Source: an uncultured virus (IMG/VR IMGVR_UViG_3300046314_000297) (Duplodnaviria; Heunggongvirae; Uroviricota; Caudoviricetes). From it: a stretch of 60,615 nt of DNA. The notes under the pieces are model-generated. The model did not search any database, was not told where the DNA came from, and saw only the letters and a program-made list of their open reading frames with translations. This document shows positions 1-10,705 of the stretch, in pieces. The stretch lies in the IMG/VR virus record IMGVR_UViG_3300046314_000297, one strand, 5' to 3'. Both the position numbers and the translations under genes were made by a program. Each line of letters begins with the position of its first letter. The stretch's first letter is position 1.

Positions 1-1940
1 ATGACTACTACGAAAAGGAGGTCCTAGACCAGTACTCACCTGAGTTCATCAAGTCTGCTTTCCAGGCTGCGTATGCCCACAAGTTCCGCTTTGAGGCATT
101 CCTTGGTGCATACAAGTTCTACACCTCATATGCTCTTAAGACTTTCGAAGGTGACCGCTACCTAGAGCGGTTTGAGGACCGCGTTGTTATGAATGCCCTT
201 GCTCTTGCACGTGGTGACGAGGAGCAGGTTCTAAACCTGATTGACGAGATCATCTCTGGTCGTTTCCAGCCAGCAACTCCAACCTTCTTGAACTCAGGTA
301 AGAAGCAGCGCGGTGAGTTCGTCTCGTGCTTCCTTCTTCGTATTGAAGACAACATGGAATCTATCTCTCGTGGCATCAACTCAGCTCTGCAGCTCTCGAA
401 GCGTGGTGGCGGTGTTGCTCTGAACCTGAGCAACCTACGTGAGTTTGGTGCTCCAATCAAGAAGATTGAGAACCAGAGCTCGGGCATCATCCCAGTGATG
501 AAGCTTCTTGAAGACTCATTCTCGTACGCGAACCAGCTTGGTGCACGTCAGGGTGCTGGTGCTGTCTACTTGAATGCTCACCACCCGGACATCCTCCGTT
601 TTCTAGACACCAAGCGTGAGAACGCCGATGAGAAGACTCGTATCAAGACTTTGTCTATTGGTGTGGTTATCCCAGATGTGACTCTTGAGTTAGCTAAGAC
701 TAACGAAGACATGTACCTTTTCTCTCCTTATGACGTAGAGCGCGTGTACGGCGTACCTTTTGGGGACATCTCAGTCACTGAGAAGTACCAGGAGATGGTT
801 GATGATGCTCGCATCAAGAAGACCAAGATCAAGGCTCGTGTTTTGTTTGAGCGTATTGCTGAACTTCAGTTTGAGTCTGGCTACCCATACATCATGTACG
901 AAGACACCGTAAACGCTGCTAACCCTGTAGAGGGTCGCATCAACATGTCGAACCTCTGTTCAGAGATTCTTCAGGTAAACACCCCGTCTACCTTTAAGGC
1001 AAACCTTGACTATGACGAGATTGGTAGCGACATCAGCTGTAACCTTGCATCTCTAAACATTGCTAAGGCTATGGAGTCCAAGGACTTTGGTATGACTATA
1101 ACTACTGCTATCCGTGCTCTAACTGCTGTCTCGGACCTCAGCTACATCGACTCGGTGCCTTCTATTGCTGAAGGTAACAAGCGTGCTCACGCAATTGGTC
1201 TTGGCCAGATGAACCTCCATGGCTACTTGGGCAAGGAGCGTATTCACTATGGTTCAGAAGAAGGCATCGACTTCACCAACATCTACTTCTACACTGTTCT
1301 GTTCCACGCGCTAGTTGCCTCTAACGAGCTGGCTATCGAGCGTAAGGAGACTTTCGTAAACTTCGAGAAGTCTAAGTACGCTGACGGTTCATTCTTTGAT
1401 AAGTATGTAAACCAGGAGTGGAAGCCAGCAACTGCACGTGTTGCTGAGTTGTTCGCAAATGCCGGTATTGCAATTCCTAACCAGCAGGACTGGGAAGTTC
1501 TTCGTGAGTCAGTAATGGAGCACGGGATCTACAACCAGAACCTTCAGGCAGTTCCGCCTACCGGTTCGATCTCATACATCAATAATTCGACTTCAAGCAT
1601 CCACCCAATTGCTTCGAAGATTGAGATCCGTAAGGAAGGCAAGCTAGGTCGCGTTTACTACCCAGCCCCTTACTTGACCAATGACAACATGGAGTTCTTT
1701 GAGGACGCCTATGAGATCGGCCCAGACAAGATCATTGATACCTATGCTGCTGCAACTCAGCACGTTGACCAGGGTTTGTCGTTGACACTATTCTTCAAGG
1801 ACACCGCAACCACTCGCGATGTCAACCGTGCGCAGATTTACGCATGGAAGAAGGGTATCAAGACCATTTACTACATCCGTATCCGTCAGATGGCACTCGA
1901 TGGTACCGACATCGAGGGCTGCGTCAGCTGCATGCTCTGA
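1..1940 (+). CDS. nrdE: Ribonucleotide reductase class Ib alpha subunit, 5'-truncated by the window edge
   Basis: Frame is open from base 3 ([11 protein letters not shown]...[12 protein letters not shown]...RFEDRV). Motifs [29 protein letters not shown] and C-terminal CVSC are typical of actinobacterial NrdE. Confidence 0.97.
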   Translation, partial: DYYEKEVLDQYSPEFIKSAFQAAYAHKFRFEAFLGAYKFYTSYALKTFEGDRYLERFEDRVVMNALALARGDEEQVLNLIDEIISGRFQPATPTFLNSGKKQRGEFVSCFLLRIEDNMESISRGINSALQLSKRGGGVALNLSNLREFGAPIKKIENQSSGIIPVMKLLEDSFSYANQLGARQGAGAVYLNAHHPDILRFLDTKRENADEKTRIKTLSIGVVIPDVTLELAKTNEDMYLFSPYDVERVYGVPFGDISVTEKYQEMVDDARIKKTKIKARVLFERIAELQFESGYPYIMYEDTVNAANPVEGRINMSNLCSEILQVNTPSTFKANLDYDEIGSDISCNLASLNIAKAMESKDFGMTITTAIRALTAVSDLSYIDSVPSIAEGNKRAHAIGLGQMNLHGYLGKERIHYGSEEGIDFTNIYFYTVLFHALVASNELAIERKETFVNFEKSKYADGSFFDKYVNQEWKPATARVAELFANAGIAIPNQQDWEVLRESVMEHGIYNQNLQAVPPTGSISYINNSTSSIHPIASKIEIRKEGKLGRVYYPAPYLTNDNMEFFEDAYEIGPDKIIDTYAAATQHVDQGLSLTLFFKDTATTRDVNRAQIYAWKKGIKTIYYIRIRQMALDGTDIEGCVSCML

Positions 1941-1960
1941 GTGTGTGGTACCATAAATTC

Positions 1961-3437
<1,477 letters not shown>

Positions 3438-3445
3438 GTCAGACG

Positions 3446-3477
3446 GAAAGGCCATCCTTCGGGATGGCTTTTCTTTT
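3446..3477 (+). terminator. Intrinsic terminator after nrdF
   Basis: GAAAGGCCATCC-TTCG-GGATGGCTTTTC followed by a T tract. Confidence 0.85.
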
Positions 3478-3496
3478 ACCCTGGTAAGATGAGACC

Positions 3497-3682
3497 ATGC
3501 CTACTTATGAATTTTATTGCTCTGAGAATAAAGAGCACACCTATAGCGAGATCCGAAGTATTACTGAAGATCAGAAGAAGTTCACTTGCGCTGAGGAGGG
3601 GTGTGACGGTAAGCTATTACGTAAGTTCACTGCTCCACCAATTACCTTTAAAGGTACTGGATTCCAGGGTGTGAACCGCTAA
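3497..3682 (+). CDS. FmdB-family zinc-ribbon protein
   Basis: MPTYEFYC...C....CDGKL.R.F..P.I.FKGTGF signature. Leaderless start after TAAGAT. Confidence 0.8.
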   Translation: MPTYEFYCSENKEHTYSEIRSITEDQKKFTCAEEGCDGKLLRKFTAPPITFKGTGFQGVNR

Positions 3683-3702
3683 CCGATAAAGAAAGAACTA
3701 TC

Positions 3703-4020
3703 TTGGCCCTCAAAGACCTGAACCTATTTTCTAACTTCCCTGTCTTTGAAGATTATGGTGCACCTATATGTTCTGAAACTGATCCAGAACTTTTCTTTCC
3801 TCGAGAGCCGCTAGAAGGTATACGCTCTGTCAACGAGGTATACGAGAATGAAGCAGCAGCTAAGTCGATGTGCTCTCAATGCCCTTACCGTATGCAGTGT
3901 CTAGAGGCCGCTATTGTTGACCCGGAGACTCAGGGTATCTGGGGAGGGACTACTCAGCTAGAGCGCCGCAAGATGCTACGAGCTGCTAAGACTCGCCTCA
4001 AGCTATCAATGATAAAATAA
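3703..4020 (+). CDS. whiB: WhiB-family transcription factor
   Basis: C..TDPELFFP ... CSQCP....C ... GIWGGTT..ERR. Confidence 0.93.
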   Translation: MALKDLNLFSNFPVFEDYGAPICSETDPELFFPREPLEGIRSVNEVYENEAAAKSMCSQCPYRMQCLEAAIVDPETQGIWGGTTQLERRKMLRAAKTRLKLSMIK

Positions 4021-4070
4021 AACTACGCCTGGGAGAGGTGTAAATAACCATACCTATCCCGGGAGAAAAC

Positions 4071-4376
4071 ATGATTCTAGATATCATCTACCGCATCATC
4101 GCGGTATTTGTAGCAACAGCCTTGGCAACAATTGGAACCGGCTCGCTTGTCGGCGTGAGCATTGCTCAGTCTGCACTTATGGCAGGAGCTGGAGCTGTAG
4201 CTGCAGTTGTAGAGCGTCTTGCTCGCGCATTCATCGACGATGGAAAGCTAACCATTGATGAGATCAATGCTGCATTCAACGTCAAGGACCCTAAGAAGAC
4301 TGCCGACGGCACTAGCGGAAATGCTGGAACTGCTGTTGATGGCGTTGACGACGAAGAACACGAGCCTTACCAGTAA
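4071..4376 (+). CDS. Small membrane protein (holin-like)
   Basis: Two hydrophobic segments and an acidic tail. GGAG RBS. Confidence 0.55.
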   Translation: MILDIIYRIIAVFVATALATIGTGSLVGVSIAQSALMAGAGAVAAVVERLARAFIDDGKLTIDEINAAFNVKDPKKTADGTSGNAGTAVDGVDDEEHEPYQ

Positions 4377-4442
4377 ATCTCTTTACAAATTGGACCCTCC
4401 CCTATACAATAGGCGGAGGGTTTAATTTTAGGAGAGACAGTT

Positions 4443-4676
4443 ATGGATTTTGATGAGTGGATGGAACTCGGTATTAAGTTTGGCTACTGCGGTCCAGCAG
4501 TTTGCTACACGCACGATGGGCTACCAACCTCGGAGTTAGAGGACTCAGAGTTTGAAGAATCGGATCCTTGTATCCACATTATTCGACTTTATGAAGACCG
4601 AGCCACTAAGATGGGTGTAGAAGCAAATCACTCGCCTAGCGTTTGGCGTGCAACCAATCTCGGTATCGATGTATAA
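4443..4676 (+). CDS. Hypothetical phage protein
   Basis: AGGAGAG RBS. Conserved-looking C.THDG.P...DPCIHIIRL. Confidence 0.65.
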   Translation: MDFDEWMELGIKFGYCGPAVCYTHDGLPTSELEDSEFEESDPCIHIIRLYEDRATKMGVEANHSPSVWRATNLGIDV

Positions 4677-4690
4677 TAGAGGAACTAGAA

Positions 4691-4819
4691 ATGGCTAAAG
4701 GTAAGGGTGGAGCACCAGCTCCAGCAAGCAAGACTAATGACCGCCAGAATGGCAAGGCATCTAAGAAGCGCCCACTGAAGTTCGACGCTGCAAAGCGTCG
4801 TCTAGTAACTGATAACTAA
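4691..4819 (+). CDS. Small basic protein, 42 aa (MAKGKGGAPAPASK...), directly upstream of tmRNA
   Basis: GAGGA RBS and codon usage like the highly expressed genes (GCT/AAG/CGT). Not in the supplied ORF track. Confidence 0.6.
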   Translation: MAKGKGGAPAPASKTNDRQNGKASKKRPLKFDAAKRRLVTDN

Positions 4820-4831
4820 ATAGAGATTCAC

Positions 4832-5152
4832 GGGGATGACAGGTTTCGACGGTCATTCAACAAACTAGTGAAGCAAGCAGAGACGGCCACGCACTCTTAA
4901 GTGTGGCAAAAAACTAAATGCAAACTCACGTTCAGCATTCGCACTAGCAGCCTAAAAACTGCTAGACGCCCCTGACAAAGCAGTAGTTCTAGCTGGGCAG
5001 TCAGGTCTTAAATAAATAGAACAACACCAAGGGTTGCAGTAGGAGACCTTAAGATCCCACATCTGTAGTACCGTGGCTGGTAAAGCCTAAGCTTGTAGAA
5101 GAATAGTTAGTCCTTGATCGGACGGGGCTCTCGGATGCCCCCATCTCCACCA
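4832..5152 (+). ncRNA. ssrA: tmRNA, tag ANSRSAFALAA* at 4920-4955
   Basis: 5' GGGGATGACAGGTTTCGAC. Acceptor GGGGATG/CATCTCC with G3-U70 wobble and 3' ACCA. Resume codon follows TAAAT, and the tag ends FALAA-stop. Confidence 0.95.
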
Positions 5153-5225
5153 TGGCCTATAACTCAGTCGGTAGAGTGCCTCTCTGTTAAAGAGGATGTC
5201 GCAGGATCGAAGCCTGCTGGGCCAG
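5153..5225 (+). tRNA. tRNA-Asn(GTT)
   Basis: Cloverleaf with acceptor TGGCCTA/TGGGCCA and anticodon arm CCTCT-CTGTTAA-AGAGG. T loop ATCGAAG. No encoded CCA. Confidence 0.85.
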
Positions 5226-5311
5226 CGAAGGGCATGTACACCTGATGGTAATACGCTGTGTGGGTGTCGACTCCTTTAGCACCTGAGCATGTGCTATCAA
5301 AAACTGCCCAT

Positions 5312-5382
5312 GCGGATGTAGCTTAGTGGTAAAGCCTCAGTCTTCCAAACTGATGATGCGGGTCCGATTCCCGTCATCCGCT
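5312..5382 (+). tRNA. tRNA-Gly(TCC)
   Basis: Acceptor GCGGATG/CATCCGC and anticodon arm TCAGT-CTTCCAA-ACTGA. Confidence 0.9.
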
Positions 5383-5528
5383 CTAAATCCTTACGGGATG
5401 GCTCCATGTAAGGTCAGCCACCATGCTGGATATTGGTCGGGATTTACGCCGTCATACTGTAGAGGTGTTTTGGGTTGACCGTTAAGAACCCACAGTGGTA
5501 GGCTTTTGCCAAGGGTGCTACCACACTT

Positions 5529-5601
5529 GCCTCAATAGCTCAGTTGGTAGAGCGCCATACTTGTAATATGGATGTCGCGGGTTCAATTCCTGCTTGAGGC
5601 T
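5529..5601 (+). tRNA. tRNA-Thr(TGT)
   Basis: Acceptor GCCTCAA/TTGAGGC, anticodon arm CCATA-CTTGTAA-TATGG, T loop TTCAATT. Confidence 0.93.
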
Positions 5602-5702
5602 CGGTACTTAGATGGCGTGTCAGCGGGTGTCTAAGCGTGTGCCCATTCTACGTAAACAATGGGTAGGGACTTGAGTTCTGACAAGCAAGATAGTCCCACC
5701 AA

Positions 5703-5776
5703 GTTGGTAAAGTGTTACGGTAGCACGGAGACCTCCAAAGTCTCAGGCCCAGGTTCGACTCCTGGTACCTTCGCCA
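5703..5776 (+). tRNA. tRNA-Trp(CCA) with an imperfect acceptor stem
   Basis: Anticodon arm GAGAC-CTCCAAA-GTCTC, T arm CCAGG-TTCGACT-CCTGG, 3' GCCA. Acceptor GTTGGTA/TACCTTC has two U-U mismatches. Confidence 0.75.
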
Positions 5777-5822
5777 ACAGGCAGAGAAACGGTCACGGAG
5801 GCATCTGTGGCAAGTCAAACCT

Positions 5823-5905
5823 GGAGCTATAGTGTTAGAGGCAGCACGCGGAGGTCTGAATGCAGGACATAATCCGAAGCCCTGGTTCGAATCCAGGTAG
5901 CTCAT
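5823..5905 (+). tRNA. tRNA-like RNA with an enlarged anticodon arm, identity unclear
   Basis: Acceptor GAGCTA/TAGCTC, D arm GTGT/GCAC, perfect T arm CCTGG-TTCGAAT-CCAGG. Anticodon arm is about 28 nt. Confidence 0.65.
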
Positions 5906-5940
5906 TTTAACTTTTTACACTTATCTGCTAGCATGTCATC

Positions 5941-6375
5941 ATGACTATAAGAGGAGAATCCGCTAGAAGCGGTCGTGGAGAATATCTACGTAACTATCAA
6001 AAGCCTTGGATTAGAGCTCGACGCGATGCGTTCATTGAATCACGTGGCGGCGTATGTGTAAAATGCGGTTCAGCTGATCGACTAGAGGTTGACCACATCG
6101 ACCGTAATAAGAAGACTATGCGAGCCAGCTCTATCTGGTCCCGTAATCAAACTAGTCAAGTAGTCCTTGATGAACTTGCCAATTGCCAGGTTCTGTGTCA
6201 CGACTGCCACCAGCAGAAGACTAATGCAGAGCGACGTGCACATATCACTGAGCATGGAACTTATGCAATGTATAAAACAGTTGGGTGCCGTTGTGAGCCA
6301 TGCACTAAAGAAAATGCCTTACGTGTTCGAGAGCAGCGAGCTGCTCGTAAGAGTAAGCTAGCTGAAGGTAGTTAA
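5941..6375 (+). CDS. HNH endonuclease
   Basis: CVKCGS..RLEVDHID ... NCQVLCHDCH, then C-terminal HGT..Y...CRC..C. Confidence 0.9.
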   Translation: MTIRGESARSGRGEYLRNYQKPWIRARRDAFIESRGGVCVKCGSADRLEVDHIDRNKKTMRASSIWSRNQTSQVVLDELANCQVLCHDCHQQKTNAERRAHITEHGTYAMYKTVGCRCEPCTKENALRVREQRAARKSKLAEGS

Positions 6376-6448
6376 TCTACTTTGAACTTTTAGATGTAAA
6401 TTAATTGCTACTGAACTCACTAGTTCAAGTAACGTTTATCATTAATGT

Positions 6449-6988
6449 ATGATAAATAAAATATGTGAAAAATGTTCTGTAGAGTTTAATAGTAAAGACA
6501 GTAGAACTAGATTCTGCGGCCATTCGTGTGCTGCAAGCGTTCGTAATATTGGGATATCTAGAAATAGAAAAAGACCTCTAAAATTATCTCCATGTTTATT
6601 TTGCAACTCGCCTTTGGTCAAATATCACAATAAAAAATACTGCAGCGTTAAATGCAGTAATGCTGCCAGAACAAAAAATAAGATAGATGCCTGGCTAGAA
6701 AATCCCGCTGGTGTTGCTAATACTAACGGTGCCCCAGCGTATCTCAGGAGGTATCTGTTAGAGCAGGCAGAATATCGCTGCTCCACGCCTTCATGCGGTT
6801 GGTCTGGTATAAATCCAATTACGGGTAGATCTACTCTGCATGTTGACCATATAGATGGAAATGCTATGAACAATACCCCTGAAAATTTAAGAGTTATATG
6901 TCCTAATTGTCACTCTCTCAGCGCTAATTATGGGTACTTAAACAAGGGTAAATCGACTAGAAAAAGCTACTATAGGAAGCTAGGCTAG
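6449..6988 (+). CDS. HNH endonuclease with N-terminal zinc fingers
   Basis: CxxC..FCGHSC and YCSVKC repeats, then LHVDHIDGNAMNN.PENLRVICPNCHS. AT-rich relative to its neighbours. Confidence 0.9.
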   Translation: MINKICEKCSVEFNSKDSRTRFCGHSCAASVRNIGISRNRKRPLKLSPCLFCNSPLVKYHNKKYCSVKCSNAARTKNKIDAWLENPAGVANTNGAPAYLRRYLLEQAEYRCSTPSCGWSGINPITGRSTLHVDHIDGNAMNNTPENLRVICPNCHSLSANYGYLNKGKSTRKSYYRKLG

Positions 6989-6995
6989 TTTAAAA

Positions 6996-7072
6996 CCTCC
7001 AGTATCGGCTCACTCTTATAAGGTGTAGGAACCGTAGTTGGTGGCACGCGGGTTCAAGTCCCGCCTGGAGGA
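6996..7072 (+). tRNA. Non-canonical tRNA-Ile(TAT)-like RNA lacking a normal D arm
   Basis: Perfect acceptor CCTCCAG/CTGGAGG, T arm GCGGG-TTCAAGT-CCCGC, anticodon loop CT-TAT-AA. Only 8 nt separate the acceptor from the anticodon arm. Confidence 0.65.
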
Positions 7073-7209
7073 CTAATGGTAAGGTTCAAGTATGAAGAAG
7101 AGAAACTCTGTAACTGGCTCCGGGATCGGCTGCGCTTTTATTGTTCTTATCTTTGCCGGGTTATTAGTTTTAGTAGCCGTTATTCTCTGATAAGTGGTAA
7201 GCTATTCAC

Positions 7210-7656
7210 ATGCCTAAATCTACATACATTTCGATCGTAGTTAACGATCCCGCTCTACTTCCTACCTATGCTCGCGAAGGCGATGCTGGCGCTGATCTTC
7301 GCGCAGCTGAAGATCTTATCATCCCTGCTGGAGAACGTGCTCTCGTTAAGACTGGCGTAAAGCTTGCTCTGCCAGACGGTGTTGTTGCCCTTGTGCATCC
7401 ACGCTCTGGCCTTGCTCTCAAGCACGGAGTAACTGTTCTCAACACTCCTGGAACCATCGACTCTGGCTACCGTGGCGAGATTGGTGTGATCCTCTACAAC
7501 ACCTCTGAGCAAGACTTCGCTGTAGTAACTGGCGACCGTATTGCTCAGTTGGTCTTTCAGGAGTACCTAACCGCTGACTTCTCTCGCGAGTCTTCTCTTG
7601 ATGAGACAGACCGTGGCGAGGGTGGCTTCGGCTCTACCGGTATTGGGGAAATCTAA
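7210..7656 (+). CDS. dut: dUTPase
   Basis: GDAGADL, PRSGLA, GTIDSGYRGEI, GDRIAQL, RGEGGFGSTG. Confidence 0.97.
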   Translation: MPKSTYISIVVNDPALLPTYAREGDAGADLRAAEDLIIPAGERALVKTGVKLALPDGVVALVHPRSGLALKHGVTVLNTPGTIDSGYRGEIGVILYNTSEQDFAVVTGDRIAQLVFQEYLTADFSRESSLDETDRGEGGFGSTGIGEI

Positions 7657-8363
7657 TGTCTGAAATTCAATTTCGTTCTGATGTAACCGTTGAGCTTATT
7701 GACTCAATGGGAGGAGATGATGCAGTTGTTCGCAGCGCTCGTGTGTCTACTAGCAGTGATAGTCGCAATGTTGATATGGGAACCCGGGAAGAGGGACTAA
7801 TCAACTACTTGATGCGTGACCGCCATGGTTCACCATTTGAGCACAATGCCTTCACCTTCTTTATTGAGGCACCTATCTTCGTATTCCGAGAGTTCATGCG
7901 TCACCGCATCGCTTCGTACAATGAAGAGTCTGCCCGGTACAAGGAGCTTTCACCGGTCTTTTATGTTCCTGGAGATGACCGTAAGTTAATTCAAGTCGGT
8001 AAGCCTGGTGCCTACACTTTTGAAGATGCTAACTATTCTCAGATTAAAAGTGCTCAGTCGTTAACTCGTCTAGCTAGTGAGCGTTCATATGAGCTCTACA
8101 AGAAGATGCTTGATGACGGTATTGCTCGCGAGGTTGCTCGTGGAGTACTGCCTGTAAATATCTACTCGAGCATGTATGTAACTATGAATGCCCGTTCAAT
8201 GATGAACTTCCTAAGCCTACGCACTATGCGCGAAGGTACCCACTTTCCTTCATTCCCGCAGCGGGAGATCGAGATGGTTGCTGAGAAGATGGAAGAGTTC
8301 TTCGCGGAGAAGATGCCTATTACCTACGCGTCATTCAACAAGAACGGCCGCGTAGCTCCGTAA
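7656..8363 (+). CDS. thyX: Flavin-dependent thymidylate synthase
   Basis: H.SPFEH, REFMRHRIASYNEESARY, REVAR.VLP, NARS..NFL.LR, Q.EI. Confidence 0.97.
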   Translation: MSEIQFRSDVTVELIDSMGGDDAVVRSARVSTSSDSRNVDMGTREEGLINYLMRDRHGSPFEHNAFTFFIEAPIFVFREFMRHRIASYNEESARYKELSPVFYVPGDDRKLIQVGKPGAYTFEDANYSQIKSAQSLTRLASERSYELYKKMLDDGIAREVARGVLPVNIYSSMYVTMNARSMMNFLSLRTMREGTHFPSFPQREIEMVAEKMEEFFAEKMPITYASFNKNGRVAP

Positions 8364-8462
8364 TGGCTAGACGCGGCTATCCTTGCAGGAAGCACCGGAT
8401 TTGGTTTCTAGGTAGCTACTGCGTACAATGTTATAAAGAACGCCGAGCAAAGGAACGTAACA

Positions 8463-8699
8463 ATGGATAAAGATGATGTAATCGTTTCAAAGGTCGGTAG
8501 TGCAGTTCGCGCAGCAATGGCTGCCAAAGAAGCGCTAACCAATGCAACTGCCGAAGCAATCGATTCCGCATCTACATTTGGTTACGAGCTTGGCGCAGAG
8601 GACATGAAGCTCGGTCTTATCGAGATGTTCGAGAGTTCTGACTCTGCTTGTGCTGCCTGGGCTATCTCTCAGATTGAATCTCATGTCAGCGCCGAATAG
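8463..8699 (+). CDS. Hypothetical protein
   Basis: AAGGA RBS, co-oriented with the operon. Confidence 0.55.
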   Translation: MDKDDVIVSKVGSAVRAAMAAKEALTNATAEAIDSASTFGYELGAEDMKLGLIEMFESSDSACAAWAISQIESHVSAE

Positions 8700-8946
8700 C
8701 GATCGCGTTCTATTTAGGTGCGAGTACTGGGTTGAAGACTCTGGCCTAAAGGTTGACTACGAGTGGGCGCTAAACAGTGCTGAACTTGAAGACCTATATA
8801 AAGGTGAAGACGGTATCAACTTATATAAGTATCAGGTAGCATCTCCTTACGAGGTAGAAGCTTGGCTTAGTGGTTTTGATGAGGGCTCCCTATATGGGAT
8901 TGCTAAAGCTCGACTGAAGAACATCGCGGATTCCGACAATAATTAG
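8683..8946 (+). CDS. Hypothetical protein
   Basis: Overlaps the upstream ORF. ATG 8683 is preferred over TTG 8650. Confidence 0.5.
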   Translation: MSAPNSDRVLFRCEYWVEDSGLKVDYEWALNSAELEDLYKGEDGINLYKYQVASPYEVEAWLSGFDEGSLYGIAKARLKNIADSDNN

Positions 8947-8974
8947 TTAATCCGTTTTACGGTAAAATTAGATC

Positions 8975-9718
8975 ATGAACGATTTAATCCCTGAAGAACA
9001 AGAGCTTGCCGACGCTCTACAGCTGATTGCTGATAAGTACGGGAAGTTTAACGACGACAACACCGGCATTTGGGCTGGCTACACTCCTGCGTCTGAGAAT
9101 GAGGAAAACTCCAGAATCGGCGTTAAGTGTGGTAACTGCGTCTTCTATCTTGAGCCTAACGGATGTTCAATCATTGTTGCTGAAGTTGAAGAAGGCGGAC
9201 TATGCCGTTTTGCTGTGCTTCCAGATGGTGCTGTAACTGCAACCGCTGGATCTAAGCCTGCCCCTAAGAAGGACCGAATTAGAGGCTCTGACAAGAACAA
9301 ATCTGGATCTGCTGGTAGTGGTAAGGGCGTTAACTTCACTGCAGAAATTACTAAGTCTCTAGAAAAGAAAGTTGCTACTCACAACGAGAAGGCACCTAAC
9401 GGACGTAAGGTAACTCTTGCGAAGTTGAAGGCTGTCTATCGTCGAGGTGCTGGAGCCTTCTCTACTTCTCACCGGCCAGACCAGAACCGGAACTCGTGGG
9501 CGATGGCACGTGTAAACGCTTTCTTGCACTTGGTAAAGAGTGGTAAACCTAAGAACTCTAAGTACACTACCGACAACGACTTGCTACCAAAGATGCACCC
9601 GCGTGCAAGCGAGGCATCTGATATGTCTCCTATTCTTGCAAGCCTGATGGCTAACCTAAACTTTGACTATGATCTAGATGAAGCTCATGACGAACCTTTG
9701 GAGCCTTGGCTAAATTAA
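8975..9718 (+). CDS. Two-domain phage protein: Cys-motif N-terminal domain plus a basic domain resembling DUF5824
   Basis: CGNCVFY...C...GGLCR, then L.AVYRRGAGAF..SHRP...WAMARVNAFL. Leaderless start after GGTAAAAT. Family assignment is from memory. Confidence 0.6.
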   Translation: MNDLIPEEQELADALQLIADKYGKFNDDNTGIWAGYTPASENEENSRIGVKCGNCVFYLEPNGCSIIVAEVEEGGLCRFAVLPDGAVTATAGSKPAPKKDRIRGSDKNKSGSAGSGKGVNFTAEITKSLEKKVATHNEKAPNGRKVTLAKLKAVYRRGAGAFSTSHRPDQNRNSWAMARVNAFLHLVKSGKPKNSKYTTDNDLLPKMHPRASEASDMSPILASLMANLNFDYDLDEAHDEPLEPWLN

Positions 9719-9783
9719 ATAGCTAATTTCTAATCTGCTTCGTGATAACATTTAGGTAATCAAGTGCAGACAGGAAAGAACCT

Positions 9784-10668
9784 TTGAAAGTTTACATCGC
9801 TGGTCCAATGACTGGAATTAAAGACTGGAACTTTCCCGCTTTCTTTCAGGCCGAGGATGAGCTTGTAGCTCTTGGGTTTGATGTAATCAATCCTGCGCAC
9901 AATGACGGTGCAACTGTTCAAGAAGCACTTCAGTCTGCTGGCTCTCCTGAGTCACCAAATAAGCTTTGGTCAGACTACATGAAGCGTGACCTTCCACATG
10001 TGATGGAAGTTGACATGCTTTGCTTGCTTCCTGGTTGGCAAAGCTCTCGAGGTGCTCAGTTGGAAGTGCACGTGGCGAAAGCACTAGGTCTTCCGCTTAT
10101 GGTTTTGAAGGACGGAAACCTAGTTCCTCGTCTAGAGGTTCTTGGTTTGAGTGGCTATGCCAGATCTGGTAAAGATACCGTTGCCGAGCACCTAATTGAA
10201 ACTCAGGGGTATACCCGTATTTCTTTTGCTGACCCCATGCGTGAGGCATTAGTTGCTCTCGACCCAGTAATTCATCTTGGCGGCTATCCAATGGGACTAG
10301 CGTCAGCTGTACGAATGGTTGGCTGGGAGAAGCTAAAGGGTATGAGTAATGATATCCGCCCTCTTATGCAACGCTTTGGTACAGAGGTTGGTCGAGAGAT
10401 GTTCGGTCAGAACTTTTGGGTAGACCTAGCCCTATCGCGAATCCCCGATGGTGGCAAGGTTGTTTTTGCTGATGTCCGATTCCCTAATGAGGCTAATGCT
10501 ATCCGTGACCTAGGTGGAGAAATCTGGCGCGTAGAGCGCGAGGGTGTAGTTGCGGCTAATGCGCACATCTCGGAGCGAGCCTTGGATGACTATATGTTTG
10601 ATTCAATCATTGCAAATACTGGAACCCTAGAAGATCTTTACGCTGCCGTAGACGCGCTTATTAAATAG
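9784..10668 (+). CDS. DUF4406 (deoxyribosyltransferase-like) fused to a dNMP kinase
   Basis: N-terminal VYIAGPMTG..NFPAF...INPA...LPGW..SRGA.LE. C-terminal GLSGYARSGKDT, FADP, Q.FGTE.GR, DVRFPNE, H.SE. Confidence 0.85.
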   Translation: MKVYIAGPMTGIKDWNFPAFFQAEDELVALGFDVINPAHNDGATVQEALQSAGSPESPNKLWSDYMKRDLPHVMEVDMLCLLPGWQSSRGAQLEVHVAKALGLPLMVLKDGNLVPRLEVLGLSGYARSGKDTVAEHLIETQGYTRISFADPMREALVALDPVIHLGGYPMGLASAVRMVGWEKLKGMSNDIRPLMQRFGTEVGREMFGQNFWVDLALSRIPDGGKVVFADVRFPNEANAIRDLGGEIWRVEREGVVAANAHISERALDDYMFDSIIANTGTLEDLYAAVDALIK

Positions 10669-10705
10669 ATTTGCATTTATGAAGAAGCAGTGCTACGCTG
10701 CTTCT

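Noticed and set aside
158..490. Short opposite-strand or alternate-frame ORFs within nrdE and similarly within dut, terL and portal
   Set aside because: They overlap well-supported conserved genes and have no independent signals.
1844..1960. Supplied start of the HNH ORF at 1844
   Set aside because: It overlaps the nrdE 3' end. NUMOD4 similarity and a leaderless promoter point to ATG 1961.
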